From contig MU008194.1 of NCBI GenBank assembly GCA_010909165.1, positions 310,001-374,000 of the forward strand: a stretch of DNA of 64,000 nucleotides. Reading direction: 5' to 3'. The position numbers and the translations under genes are program-made. Source of the DNA: Anthoceros angustus. Taxonomy: Eukaryota; Plantae; Anthocerotophyta. Below, in pieces: positions 11,132 through 23,100 of this stretch. The notes beneath the pieces were generated by a model. The model was not told the DNA's origin and ran no database searches. It saw nothing but the letters and a program-made list of their open reading frames with translations. How positions within the stretch are numbered: the stretch's first letter is position 1; each line of letters begins with the position of its first letter.

Positions 11132-12136
11132 ATGGCGGAGGAAGACGATGAACAGCCTCAGCTGAGCGTTGCTACTCTTGCTGCCCTGAGGGAATGGATA
11201 GAGGAGAGGCAGGGGCAAGAGGAAGATAAAGCAGGTGTTGCCGAAGACGGAGCTGTGGACATAGTGGCCGAGGATTGGCGTTTGAGCCAGTTCTGGTATA
11301 ATGCTGCAACGGCAGCCACTGTAGCAGAGGAGCTCCATCATCTTAGCAAGGCCTTCGATTCTGCTAGGATTGCCTGTGTCGCATGCCCCTCTCTTTATGT
11401 AGAACTCAAGGTGCTGTACTTTGGATGGGTTTGACGGTTCGACCGTATCAGACTGATTTCTGACGGGTAGAATGGGATGCTTTTGAATGCAGAACAAACA
11501 CCGTGAAGTGGACGCTCACTTGTTTGAGTATGACCGACGGTTTGGGAAGTATGGCGATGATTTTAGTTTCTACGACTACAACTCCCCTCAAGATGTGCCA
11601 AACGAATGCCAGGGTGCTTTTCACGTCATCGTGGCTGATCCACCATACTTGGCAAGACATCATCTCTGCCTTAGCCTCAAGTTCCCAGTCAGTTGCAGAA
11701 TCGAAGAATCTCAATGCTTCGTCGTGGTTAGCCTTTCTGACAAGCGTTTCAATCCATGCAGAGTGAAGAGTGCTTACTAAAGACTGTGCAGACTATGAAG
11801 CACCTCTCAGCTGACCCGGAAAAATCCATTTTCTTGTTGCTTACAGGTAGTTGTCGAATTTCTGCAATGGGAGGATTGTGGGATCTGTTCGTGAAATGCA
11901 TTGAAATTCATGGTAGTGGGTCGGGTTGTAGCTTGTCTTCTTGAAATGCACTGACCGTCCGTGGTCTGGGTTTTGCAGGTGCTGTTCAAAGAGAACGCGT
12001 TGCGGGGCTGATACATGCGTATCCCTGCAAGTTCAGGCCACAGCATCAGAACAAGCTGGGCAACGAGTTCATGCTTTTCGTTAACTACGACCCTGGCCAT
12101 AGACTGGGAGGTCTCGAAACTATCGGCTTTGCATGA
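11132..12136 (+). CDS. EEF1AKMT1: eEF1A lysine N-methyltransferase 1 (N6AMT2/Efm5 family), 4 exons
   Basis: Motifs LSVATLAALREW, EDWRLSQFWY, IACVACPSLY, LFEYDRRF..YG..F.FYDYN.P, VADPPYL/SEECL, LLLTGAVQRE, FRPQHQNKLGNEF. Introns at ~11411, 11652-11761 (GC-AG) and ~11848. Confidence 0.9.
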
Positions 12137-12601
12137 GCAGCAAGTTGGTGTGTGATGTTTCTGGACACAAGGCTTCAATGTGGAAGATACTGTCCATCAC
12201 TGCAGGAGCCGTGTGCAAAGAAGTAACTTCCCCAAAGTGGTCGGGAATCTCATTCCAGGCCTGGGGGAATATTCGAAGGTCACCAAATTGTGACTAGACC
12301 ATCTCTAGAACTTGTTCCAACTGTAGAATTGCTCCAGCTCTTGGGCTTGCCCATCTCGTGAATGGTCCACTAGAGTCCATTAAAGAGTCCAACTGAGTCT
12401 GCCGAAAGCCGAAAATCAAGAAGCTCACAGACACATAGGTTAGTGAGCTTCGGAATATGAAATCAGAAGAATTTGCGCAAGGAAAAATCAGCACACTCAA
12501 AAAGAAGAGTGTGGTGAGTCCAAATAGGAGCATAGCCAGGGCAATGGAAGAGGAAATGCGATTCAGATTCAAGGTCAAGGGAACAGGGCTTGCAAATATC
12601 G

Positions 12602-12695
12602 GCAGCTCGAGGAGGTGTGAGCTTAAGGCAGCTCGAGGAGGTGTGGGCTTAAGGCAGCTTGAGGAGGTGTGGGCTTAAGGCAGCTCGAGGAGGTG
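12602..12695. repeat. 26-bp minisatellite, ~4 copies; the last copy is split by the LTR element and resumes at 30029-30038
   Basis: GCAGCTCGAGGAGGTGTGGGCTTAAG units at 12602, 12628, 12654 and 12680 (interrupted after AGGTG). Confidence 0.9.
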
Positions 12696-15600
12696 TGTGG
12701 AATGGGTTTTTGCATCTGAAGACGCAAAGAGGCCACATTTACCCTCTATGTCGTTATAGTCCTAGGATTCGATCCCAAGGGAATGGTGTTGTGTCAAGGT
12801 GTGCTAAATCTATGGATTCTAGACACCCCGTCGCTCGCTACCCCACCTTCTCCGGCTACCTGCCCAAACCCACCACCGTGGTAGACTCGGCCACCGCGTG
12901 GCAGTTCGGCCAACGTGGCGGGCCCACCACGCCGCCTTCGCGAGTCTATTATCACACTTCTAACACGGACCTAGGCTATCGGACACCTATATCGCCTCAC
13001 CTTACTTAAATTTGCGATCCACCACGCTTCCACTCCCCTCGCGTTTCGATTTTCCCTCACGCTCACAATCCCTCCCGGTAGCGCTCACAACTACCCCGAA
13101 CCTTTCCCAATGAACTCTCCCTCGTCTCACGGGCCACACAGACCCCTCCTTGGCCACCACAGACCCCTCTCATGGAATGAACACACAGTGGCGGTTGGAA
13201 AAGAGGATCGGGAAAACCCGGTCGGTGCTTGGGCGATTCGCCTTCCGGCATTCCGCCTCGGCCGTCGCGGCACTCCTACCTCTTTTCGTGGCGGCGCTAC
13301 CTTCCGTTACCCAGGCGTGGAGCTTGGCCACTCCGCTCTCGACCATCCGAGATCTTCCGGCCTTCTTGTGACGGAAGGCGGTGCGAACCCGTTTGATCTT
13401 GACGACGTCTCCAATCAACCCCACTCGGCGGTTCGATACGGAAGTTCACACGAAATCGTGCCTTGAGAGACACCCAAAGGGTCTCTTATACATCTGGTGT
13501 CCAACACTCACTTCTCTTTAGTGTCTAAAATTGTAGCTCCTACCACGGCCCTTACCAATCTAAGCAACATGACTCTGGTGATGGAACTCCCTATCCTCTA
13601 CTTTGAAAAACCCGGTCCTAGGCTATCGCGACTCCCTAAAATCAGCGCTGCCGCCTCGCGATTGCCTCGCCCCTCGGCCCATGGGGACCCCTCTCGCTCT
13701 TGGCCTCGCCTCGATCCGGCGATTTTCCCCACAACCTCCACCTCGCTCTCCTTTGCTGAATTTCCCTCGCGCCTTCCAGCGGACGTTGCCTTTGTGACCT
13801 CTATGTCCATTGTCCGCTCCTCCTCATTTGGACAACCATACGTGTGCTCCTCCCTCCATGCTCGCTGCGCCTCGCTCATCTCTTCCGGCACCACTTGCGG
13901 AGGATAGGCGCCCGCTCCTACTCGAAGGAACCAGTAGCGCAGTGGCGGTTGGAAAAGAGGATCGGGAAAACCCGGTCGGTGCTTGGGCGATTCGCCTTCC
14001 GGCTTCCGCCTCGGCCGTCGCGGCACTCCTACCTCTTTTCGTGGCGGCCTACCTTCAGTGGAGCTTGGCCACTCCGCTCTCGACCATCCGAGATCTTCCG
14101 GCCTTCTTGTGACGAAGGCGGTCGCCCGAACCCGTTTGATCTTGACGGGCGTCTCCAATCAACCCCACTCGGCGGTTCGATACGGAAGTTCACACGAAAT
14201 GCGCCTTGAGAGACACCCAAAGGGTCTCTTATACATCGGGCGTGGTCCAACGCTCACTTCTCTTTAGTGTCTAAAATTGTAGCTCCTACCACGGCGCCCT
14301 TACCAATCTAAGCAACATGACTCTGGTGATGGAACTCCCTATCCTCTACTTTGAAAAACCCGGTCCTAGGCTATCGCGACTCCCTAAAATCAGCTGCCGC
14401 CTCGCGATTCTTTGCCTCGCCCCTCGGCCCATGGGGACCCCTCTCGCTCTTGGCCTCGCCTCAGTCAGCGATTTTCCCCACAACCTCCACCTCGCTCTCC
14501 TTTGCTGAATTTCCCTCGCGCCTTCCAGCGGACGTTGCCTGTGACCTCTATGTCCATTGTCCCGCTCCTCCTCATTTGGACAACCATACGTGCTCCTCCC
14601 TCCATGCTCGCTGCGCCTCGCTCATCTCTTCCGGCTTGCGGAGGATAGGCCCGCTCCTACTCGAAGGAACCAGTAGCGCTGTGGCGGTCAAGATGTCTGA
14701 CCGGTGGTTTACGCCCCTCCTGTCCCAACAACCACATACACGTTTAGAGTGAGCACGCTCACCATGCGGCGGCAGGACATGAGCATCCTCATCCGGACGC
14801 CGTAGCTGTCGCCTTCCGATCGGTCCTTACCCTCTCCTCCGTGGACAATCCTGGGCGGGCTGCTGATTCTCCGGGATCATCCCTCCATCTGCGACACTCC
14901 GTCGGTGACTTCCCCACCTCGGTTCCCGTTCCACGGCGGTGGCTGGTTTAGCCACCGTGGTGGTTCTTCCACGGTGGTTGTTTGGCTCCTGTGCATGTTG
15001 CTCGGCCTTTCTTGGTTTGGCCACCTCTCTCTTGACTCGGCCCTAGCTTGTCTCTTTCCGCTTGTACCTCTCCGCTTCTTGAATTTCTCCAAGGCGCCAT
15101 CGCTTCCACTGCTCCTGGACTCGCGAGACCTCATCTTGAAGCTCTTCAATTGTAGCATCGCCCCTTGACTGATTTACTAAAGCTTCTGAGTGGACATGTG
15201 CCTTAGCGCTCCATGCCTTGCATAAGGCCGCCGCACTCCGTCTGCGCTCCTCGGCCTTGCTCTCGCCTTCCGGGCTTCCAACTTCTCCTTGAGCAACTTC
15301 TCCTGTTGGCCTTGCACACTCGGCCAAGTGAGAGCCATGGTGCTTGATCGAGGAGATCCGCTGCGTCTGCCATGGCCGGTCAAACCACCAAATCCCAAAT
15401 TGGGCTGTCCCTTGCCCATCCGCCTCCACAACAATTCTCGTGTCACGGTGTCTCCTATCCCCACCTCGGGGGTTCGGTGAAATGTCGCCAAAAATGTCCG
15501 GAGCTCCGTTGCGGTCTCTGCTGAAGTTAACCCCTCCTCTCCTAGGGGTTGGTGCCTTGCCTCTTCCCCCGCTTCATTCTCCCCTAGCGGCGATTCATCC

Positions 15601-17117
15601 CCTGGGAGGAGCAACTTGCCATTTCCCTTTACTTTTCCTCCTTTACGTTCCTGCCGTCTTGACTGGTGACCACAGGTGTGGCTGTGGGTTCCTCCTCTGT
15701 GGCTGCCTCCCCTTCGCCGATCCCGTTAGGCCGTTGCCTTCGCTTCTTACCCTTGGAAACTTCCCCACCCTCTTAGAACCTTCCGAGCGCACTCCCAAGC
15801 TCTGGAATCCTTGCGAATCCTCCTTCAATTCCTCCTCTTCTACCTTGAGTTCCTGACCGGCTTCCAACCATGCACGGACCGACTTCAACTCCGTTAAACA
15901 CCGGAATGCGCAAATACATGAATCGGAAAAGGCGAAATCAAGGAGGGCCGAGGGAAGAGAGTAAATTCGCCTTCTCCTCACGGGCTCTTTCGAAAATCAT
16001 CCTCCCCAATCAATTTGTGTACCCTTGACCACCTCGTGAAGAAAAACCAAGAAGTGATCCGCCATATGATCCGACTTCGGTTACAGGAACACAAAATCCA
16101 TTTGGCCAATCCCACCATTTGCAGACACGAGTTGGCGAGTCACCCACCATTGTTCACTCTCACTTCCCGGGCTTCATGGCGCGGCGCTGCGGCTTTCAAG
16201 GTCTTCTTCTGGGGTCAATCACCAAGCTCCCATCCTCGATGCTTCGCCCATACCTTTGCTCGAAGAGGCCAAATCCAGTTGCGGCCTTTTCCTCGCGTCA
16301 CCCTCTTGCGACTTGGTCCTTAATTGCGGGCGCACTCTTGCACCAATGTCAGTAGCACCATTTCTTCTCCATGAACTTGAGACCCGGCTCTGCACGTGCC
16401 GGCTCTCACTTTCCGTGGTCCATGTTGGGCCCTGCGTGAGGAGATTTGGCGCGGCTCATCTCCTTCTCGTTGTCTCCCAAAACAAAACCTCGACTACCTG
16501 CGGATCGTCGGAAGAGAAAAAAAAATCGAGCCGCCCTCGCGCGCTCCTTCCACGCCTCCTCGCGAACTTGCGGGATTTCTCTCCTCCGCGCCGCTCCGCC
16601 ACGATCGTCGCGCCTTCCTCCCTGCAGTGAGGCGGTGATTTGGCTGGCGTCGTGGTTGCGCGCGCGCCCCTCTTGCTGCTGACTCGCTCCTGCCCCTCAC
16701 GGAAAGTCGCGACCTCATGATCTTGGGTGTGCCCTTCTCCCGATTCGCTCCGGTAGTAGTCCCGCTCCGCCACTAGGGTTGTAAATTCCCACAGTGCATG
16801 CGTCCGTTTCTCGGCCACCGTGGTGGAACTAGCCACCACCCACTTGACTACACAAGCGGCATATTGTGAGCATCCCTAGCATATATAGACACCTTTTATT
16901 CTAAAATTCCCAATACCCAAGGACTCTATTTCTACCCCACCCTCCGGGTCAAACCTAAGGGTCGAAAAATTATTATTATCTCCAAGGGCCAAGGACCATT
17001 CCGTATAAAAGACGACTCGAGACGATTCTCAAAGCACTGCTATTCTAACACACCCAAAACAAAAAATCGTTCACCACGACACTTGAGGCGGGGTTAGTTC
17101 ACATGTGGTCTTCCACA
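12696..17117 (-). repeat. 3' LTR of gypsy element 1 (4422 bp, including an internal ~750-bp tandem duplication)
   Basis: Colinear with 26410-30023 except for the extra copy at 13940-14678. Confidence 0.92.
14900..16850 (-). pseudogene. Frameshifted accessory ORF located inside the 3' LTR (also present in the 5' LTR, ~27850-29750)
   Basis: Coding-like fragments in both LTRs: WEFTTLVAERDYYRSE, EAWKEREAARFF, GGIGQMDFVFLQPKSDHMADHFLVFLHEVVKGTQIDWG, ELKVEEEELKED, plus a charged coiled-coil-like tail. Boundaries are approximate. Confidence 0.55.
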
Positions 17118-17129
17118 TACTCCCTTCTC
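17118..17129 (-). promoter_or_regulatory. Polypurine tract of element 1
   Basis: Minus strand GAGAAGGGAGTA immediately precedes the TGTGGAA of the 3' LTR. Confidence 0.8.
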
Positions 17130-20100
17130 ATTTGTTGGCGTCCTCGCCAACTTATTGGTAATATTTCTTGACCCGCCAACCGTTGGTGGCGTTGGCAAGG
17201 GTGAGCCACTAAAATCTTGGAGTTGAATTGATCCGTTGTCGAAAACTTCAAACTCGAAGGGCCCCATCCATCGAGATGTAATTTACGGAAATGCATGTAT
17301 CGGTTATCATATAGTAAAGCGGATCCCGAACAACGTATTCTTGGCGCTTCAATCTCTTGTCGTGCCACTCCTTCCTCCTGTCTTTGGACATCCCGCATAA
17401 CTTGGAGGCTTGTTCTCATCCTCCGTGTGTCTGAAACCCACCAACCTTTCCAATGACTTTCCTCCACGGCATTCGACTTGGTTCCTGTATTCTCGGTGGA
17501 ACTTGAATTCTATTGGCATGATAAGTGAATGCCGTAAGTAATACGGGGTTTCTGCGTTGTCACCTTTTCCAGCGGTCCGATGCATGAGTCTTGAATCATT
17601 TCATATCGATCATACGCATAGTGATGAGTTTGGTTAGGATCTTGCACAACAAGCCATTTGCCTTTTTCGGCCCATTGGCTTTTGGGTTATAAGGCGTGGA
17701 CTTCACCGTGACGTTGAAGTGGTTGGTCATGTTGGAGATTACGATTGACGAAATGTGTTCCTCTCAGACCGGCTCCGGTGTGCCATATCGGTGATGATTT
17801 GCTCGAGCAGAATCGCCGACGTCGCCGAATCTACGGCGGTGCACGCTTCTACCATCCGCGATGTCTGTGGCCACGGGATGTATTGGTTTTGGCGAGCCTT
17901 GGTTTTGGTGGATAGGTCCGACAAAATCGATTCCCCATTTCTCGAATGGTGCGGTGCAAGTATGGGGACAAGGGGCCATTGGGTTGTTCTTGGCTTGCCG
18001 ACCCTTTGTAGCGTCGCGCTTCACGAACTCCGCATCCTTGTACATTGTAGGCCACCAATAGCCGACCTCAAAATTTTCCGCATGTGACATGCGGCATAAT
18101 GACCTCCGCCTCTTCTTCGTGTAAAGAGCTCAGGACTCCTCTCACCTGCTTGGTGCGTACCCATAACCGCTCCCTGCCGTCCGGGCTGACTCGGTATAAA
18201 TTCATGTTGTGCCGTGTGAATGGTCTGGAGTAGTGGACAAACGCCTGAATCTGTGTCTTGGATAGCTGTGGAGGAATTTGGCCTGTGCCAAGATAATCGT
18301 ATATCTCCTGATATGTTGGTCTTCCGAAGCCACCCCTCCCCTTCTCAATCGATGCTGGCTCCCCTCCTTCCGAACTGGGCTTCACTGGTTGGTTTGCAAC
18401 TCCTGCAGAAAACAGTGTCTCATCGGGAAAGTCGTCTTCCTGGTCGTTTTCCACCCTTCCTGTTTTCAATCGAGATATGAAGTCGGCATTGATATGCTTC
18501 CTGCCCTCTCTCGTTTCCACTGTGAAGGTAAACTCACAGCGGCAAGATCCGGCGTGCTATCGTCCGAAAGGTCGGTTTATTCACAAGGTGTTTCAAGGCA
18601 AAGTGGTCAACATGGAACACAAATTCATACGAGAGGAGGTAGTGTCGAATTTCGACCGAGTAAACCATTCCCGATTGCTTCGCTCCGTGGTGGTATACTT
18701 TCGCTCGCGTCCGTTAGTTGTCTCCCGGCATAGTAGATCGGAAAATCCTTCTTCTTCTCATCCCGGCGCTGGACCCAATTGCAAATCTTTGAAACATCAG
18801 CAGCGTGGAACTTCTTACTCGATCCGGTCCTTTTAGCGTGGGGCTGTAGCGATGTGGTGCGTAAGTCACGAAATGCTTCCTCCGTTGCGTCGTCCACTCC
18901 CTCCCGATCCTTCCTTAACAAGCTCGTTAGTGGGGCAGCCGCTTGGCGAAATTTGGAGCAAGCGTCTATAATATCCGACCATCCCGGGAACCGCGGAGTT
19001 CCTTTAGCGTTGTTATTGGTGCTCTAAGGGTGGCGATGACCTTTACCTTGTCCGGATCTACTTCTATACCTCGGCTTGAAAATTCGATGCCCCAGCGAAT
19101 TCCTCGACATGCGTAGCACTTTTACGGATGCGGCATAATTGCGTTGCTCGGCGCTCGAGCACTTCCGGTGCGGCGGATGGTCCTTGACCCGAATCGAGTC
19201 GTCGGAAAACTTCCATAAAGTCGCGAGGAAGTCCTTGAAAATTTTGACGATGGCTCGCATGAAGGACCCAGTGCTCCGTCAACCCAAATGCGCTGCGCTT
19301 GTAAGCATATGTCCCCATCGGTTGTAAAAGCGGTCGAGGCCAATCGCTCTCCCTAAGGTGCGGTGATTATGCAGTACCCATCTAGGAATGAATCGCCATT
19401 ACTGCGACGGATCCGAGGATATTATCGATGAAGGGTAGCGGAAAGTGATCCTTCTTGGTGACCTTATTCAACCTTCTCCGATCGACAAACTCGGATTTTG
19501 CAGGCGCCTCTTAGGTACTACCACTATTGGAGCCACCCATTCGGTATTGACTATAGGATAGATCACGTCGCCTTGAGGTACATCTCCAAGCGATCCTTTA
19601 CCTTGAGGAGTACTTGGATTTAACTTGTCTTGTGGAATCCTTGGGATTGCTCACGGTTCCAGTCAATCCTATGCTCGCCCATTCTTTGGGGATCCCTTCA
19701 TGTCTACCTCGGCGAAAACATCGATAAATTACGCAGCGGTTGCTTCATTCCTTCCTCCAACGCCGCATCCATTGTTACGGAGAATTTGAGCACCTTCCGG
19801 AAGAACCTCAACGTCCTTGACTTCATCGGCTGTACCCACTCGCGCTCTCAGTGCGGTGCTAACCCGAATCCTTCTTACGGCTCCGCGGTTCCTCTTCTCT
19901 CATGCCCCATTCCTAAACAAATCCTCCGGCGTGAACGTGGCGCCTCCTCCGCTTCTCCACTGCTGTTAGAATCCGGACCCCTTCGGAGCATTCGGCGGTT
20001 ACCCGTAACGACCCTCGGGTTAATTGTATATGGATATCTGCGGTAGTCCGCTCCTCATCGAGACCATGAGATGTGTGCGAGCAGGAACCTATCTTCCTCT

Positions 20101-23100
20101 TGCATCTCCCCGTGTCCTCTGCCGAGGTGTACCCTCTTTTGATTGGAGTTTCACTGCATACATGTCCTTACTCCACGATAGGCACATCCTTCCCTCCTTG
20201 GTCTTGGGATCCCATTCCAGCGGTTTAAAACCGACTTCCTTCCGCCACTTGGCGTGCATTGCGATCGTACATCCATGTTCGGCCAATTAGGACGTCGTGC
20301 CACAGCGATTTTCTTTGGATGACTACATAATCCATCAAGTAGGGATGGTTCCAATGGTCGTTAGCACCTTCCGGAAGAACCTCAACGTCCTTGACTTCAT
20401 CACTGTACCCACTCGCGCTCTCAGTGCGGTGCTAACCCGAATCCTTCTTACGGCTCCGCGGTTCCTCTTCTCTCATGCCCCATTCCCTAAACAAATCCTC
20501 CGGCGTGAGCTGCGTGGCGCCTCCTCCGCTTCTCCACTGCTGTTAGAATCCGCGGACCCCTTTGGAGCATTCGGCGGTTACCCGTAACGACCCTCGGGTT
20601 AATTGTATATGGATATCTCTGCGGTAGTCACGCTCCTCATCGAGACCATGAGATGTGTGCGAGCAGGAACCTATCTTCCTCTTGCATCTCCCCGTGTCCT
20701 CTGCCGAGGTGTACCCTCTTTTGATTGGAGTTTCACTGCATACATGTCCTTACTCCACGATAGGCACATCCTTCCTCCTTGGTCTTGGGATCCCATTCCA
20801 GCGGTTTAAAACCGACTTCCTTCCGCCACTTGGCGTGCATTGCGATCGTACATCCATGTTCGGCCAATTAGGACGTCGTGCCACAGCGATTTTCTTTGGA
20901 TGACTACATAATCCATCAAGTAGGGATGGTTCCAATGGTCGTTAGCACCTTCCACGGAAGAACCTCAACGTCCTTGACTTCATCACTGTACCCACTCGCG
21001 CTCTCAGTGCGGTGCTAACCCGAATCCTTCTTACGGCTCCGCGGTTCCTCTTCTCTCATGCCCCATTCCCTAAACAAATCCTCCGGCGTGAGCTGCGTGG
21101 CGCCTCCTCCGCTTCTCCACTGCTGTTGAATCCACCGGACCCCTTTGGAGCATTCGGCGGTTACCCGTAACGACCCTCGGGGTTAATTGTATATGGATAT
21201 CTCTGCGGTAGTCACGCTCCTCATCGAGACCATGAGATGTGTGCGAGCAGGAACCTATCTTCCTCTTGCATCTCCCCGTGTCCTCTGCCGAGGTGTACCC
21301 TCTTTGATTGGAGTTTCACACGCATGTCCTTACTCCACGATAGGCACATCCTTCCTCCTTGGTCTTGGGATCCCATTCCAGTTTAAAACCGACTTCCTTC
21401 CGCCCACTTGGCGTGCATTGCGATCGTACATCCATGTTCGGCCAATTAGGGGCGTCGTACACAGCGATTTTCTTTGGATGACTACATAATCCATCAAGTA
21501 GGGATGGTTCCAATGGTCGTTAGCACCTGTCGTTCCCCCAGCACCATTACGGACATGTCTAGCCTCAAAACCTTGGTAGTATGTTCAATATCCAAGCCCA
21601 ATTTCCTAGCCGTGTCTTGTCATAATATTTACACCCGACCGTGTCGAGAGGCACTCCTTTGATGACACATCCGAAATTTCCACAGGTTGGTGGGCCTTGA
21701 TCCACCATGGATACCAAGTTCACATGCGCTGGTATAGGAACATTGCGCCTCTTTTTGGGTTGCGCCTCTTTTAACGCCCTCCTGATCTGCTGTCTATACC
21801 GCGGATTGTCTCGAAGGAGTTGTCCGAATGTGATCATGAAATGTTGGTCCATGATGGCCTCCGCTAGATTGAAAGAAGCGGTGGCCCTGACCTTCGCCAT
21901 CCGATTTGGTTGGTTGGGTTCCGGTTCGTCATGACAGTGCGGTGGCCCTTTCAGGTGGGGTGGTGGACTCCCCCGGGGTAGTGGAAATCGACACCCCGCC
22001 TTTTCCCCGTAGCCTCCCTTGCCAATTCTTCTTGTATCATATCCATGACTTCGCCCGTCGTCCGGTGGAAACCCTAACTCCGGTTCGGTAACTTTCTCGA
22101 AATCGGTAGGGTTCCACCCCGGCTTGTCGTGACCTTCATTCACCTTTCCGCCCATTGGAACACTCAGTCTCATGCATCACTCTTTTGCACATATGGTCCA
22201 TCCGCCAAGTCACTGCAGGACTTGTTTTTCGTCTTTGGCCAACGTTCCTGGTGTTGGTATTTCCGGTGGTGGCGACACTCTCTCCCTCATCCGATCCGTG
22301 GTCGTATCCGCCTCCTTTCTTCTTTTTTCCCCGTCGCCTCTCTTTTGCTTTTGTGCTCCTTGTTCTAACGACCATGGCGGAGGCTTCCCCATAATAATCG
22401 CTTCCCTCTCTAATCCCTCCAAGCTCCTCGGGGTTCCAATCTCGGCATCCTCCCATACCGCCATAAGTGCGTCCTCAACATGCATGGCGGACACCGGACT
22501 TGGGTTTGGTGGCGAACTCCGTTCGGGTGGGCTGTGATCCTCACCGTCTTTGGGGCTTTGGCGAGCACACTTCGCCAAATGCCCTGCGCTACAATCTTGA
22601 CATAGTTTATCAAAATCTCCATTGCCTTGACGAGTTGGATAAGGCGGTGTAGTGTCCAAGGTTGCGACAATTATAGCACAAGGCGGTGCCCATTGGATTG
22701 TTACCCGCCTTGAGGTACATCTCCAAGCGATCCTTTACCTTGAGGAGTACTTGGATTTAACTTGTCTTGTGGAATCCTTCGGATTGCTCCGGTTCCAGTC
22801 AATCCTATGCTCGCCCATTCTTTGGGGATCCCTTCATGTCTACCTCGAAGGCGAAAACATCGATAAATTACGCGGTTGCTTCATTCCTTCCTCCAACGCC
22901 GCATCCATTGTTACGGAGAATTTGAGCACCTTCCACGGAAGAACCTCAACGTCCTTGACTTCATCACTGTACCCACTCGCGCTCTCAGTGCGGTGCTAAC
23001 CCGAATCCTTCTTACGGCTCCGCGGTTCCTCTTCTCTCATGCCCCATTCCCTAAACAAATCCTCCGGCGTGAGCTGCGTGGCGCCTCCTCCGCTTCTCCA

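Noticed and set aside
12602-12695. 26-bp, 48-bp, 50-bp and 63-bp repeats as possible CRISPR arrays
   Set aside because: The units are contiguous with no unique spacers, no cas genes are present, and the context is eukaryotic.
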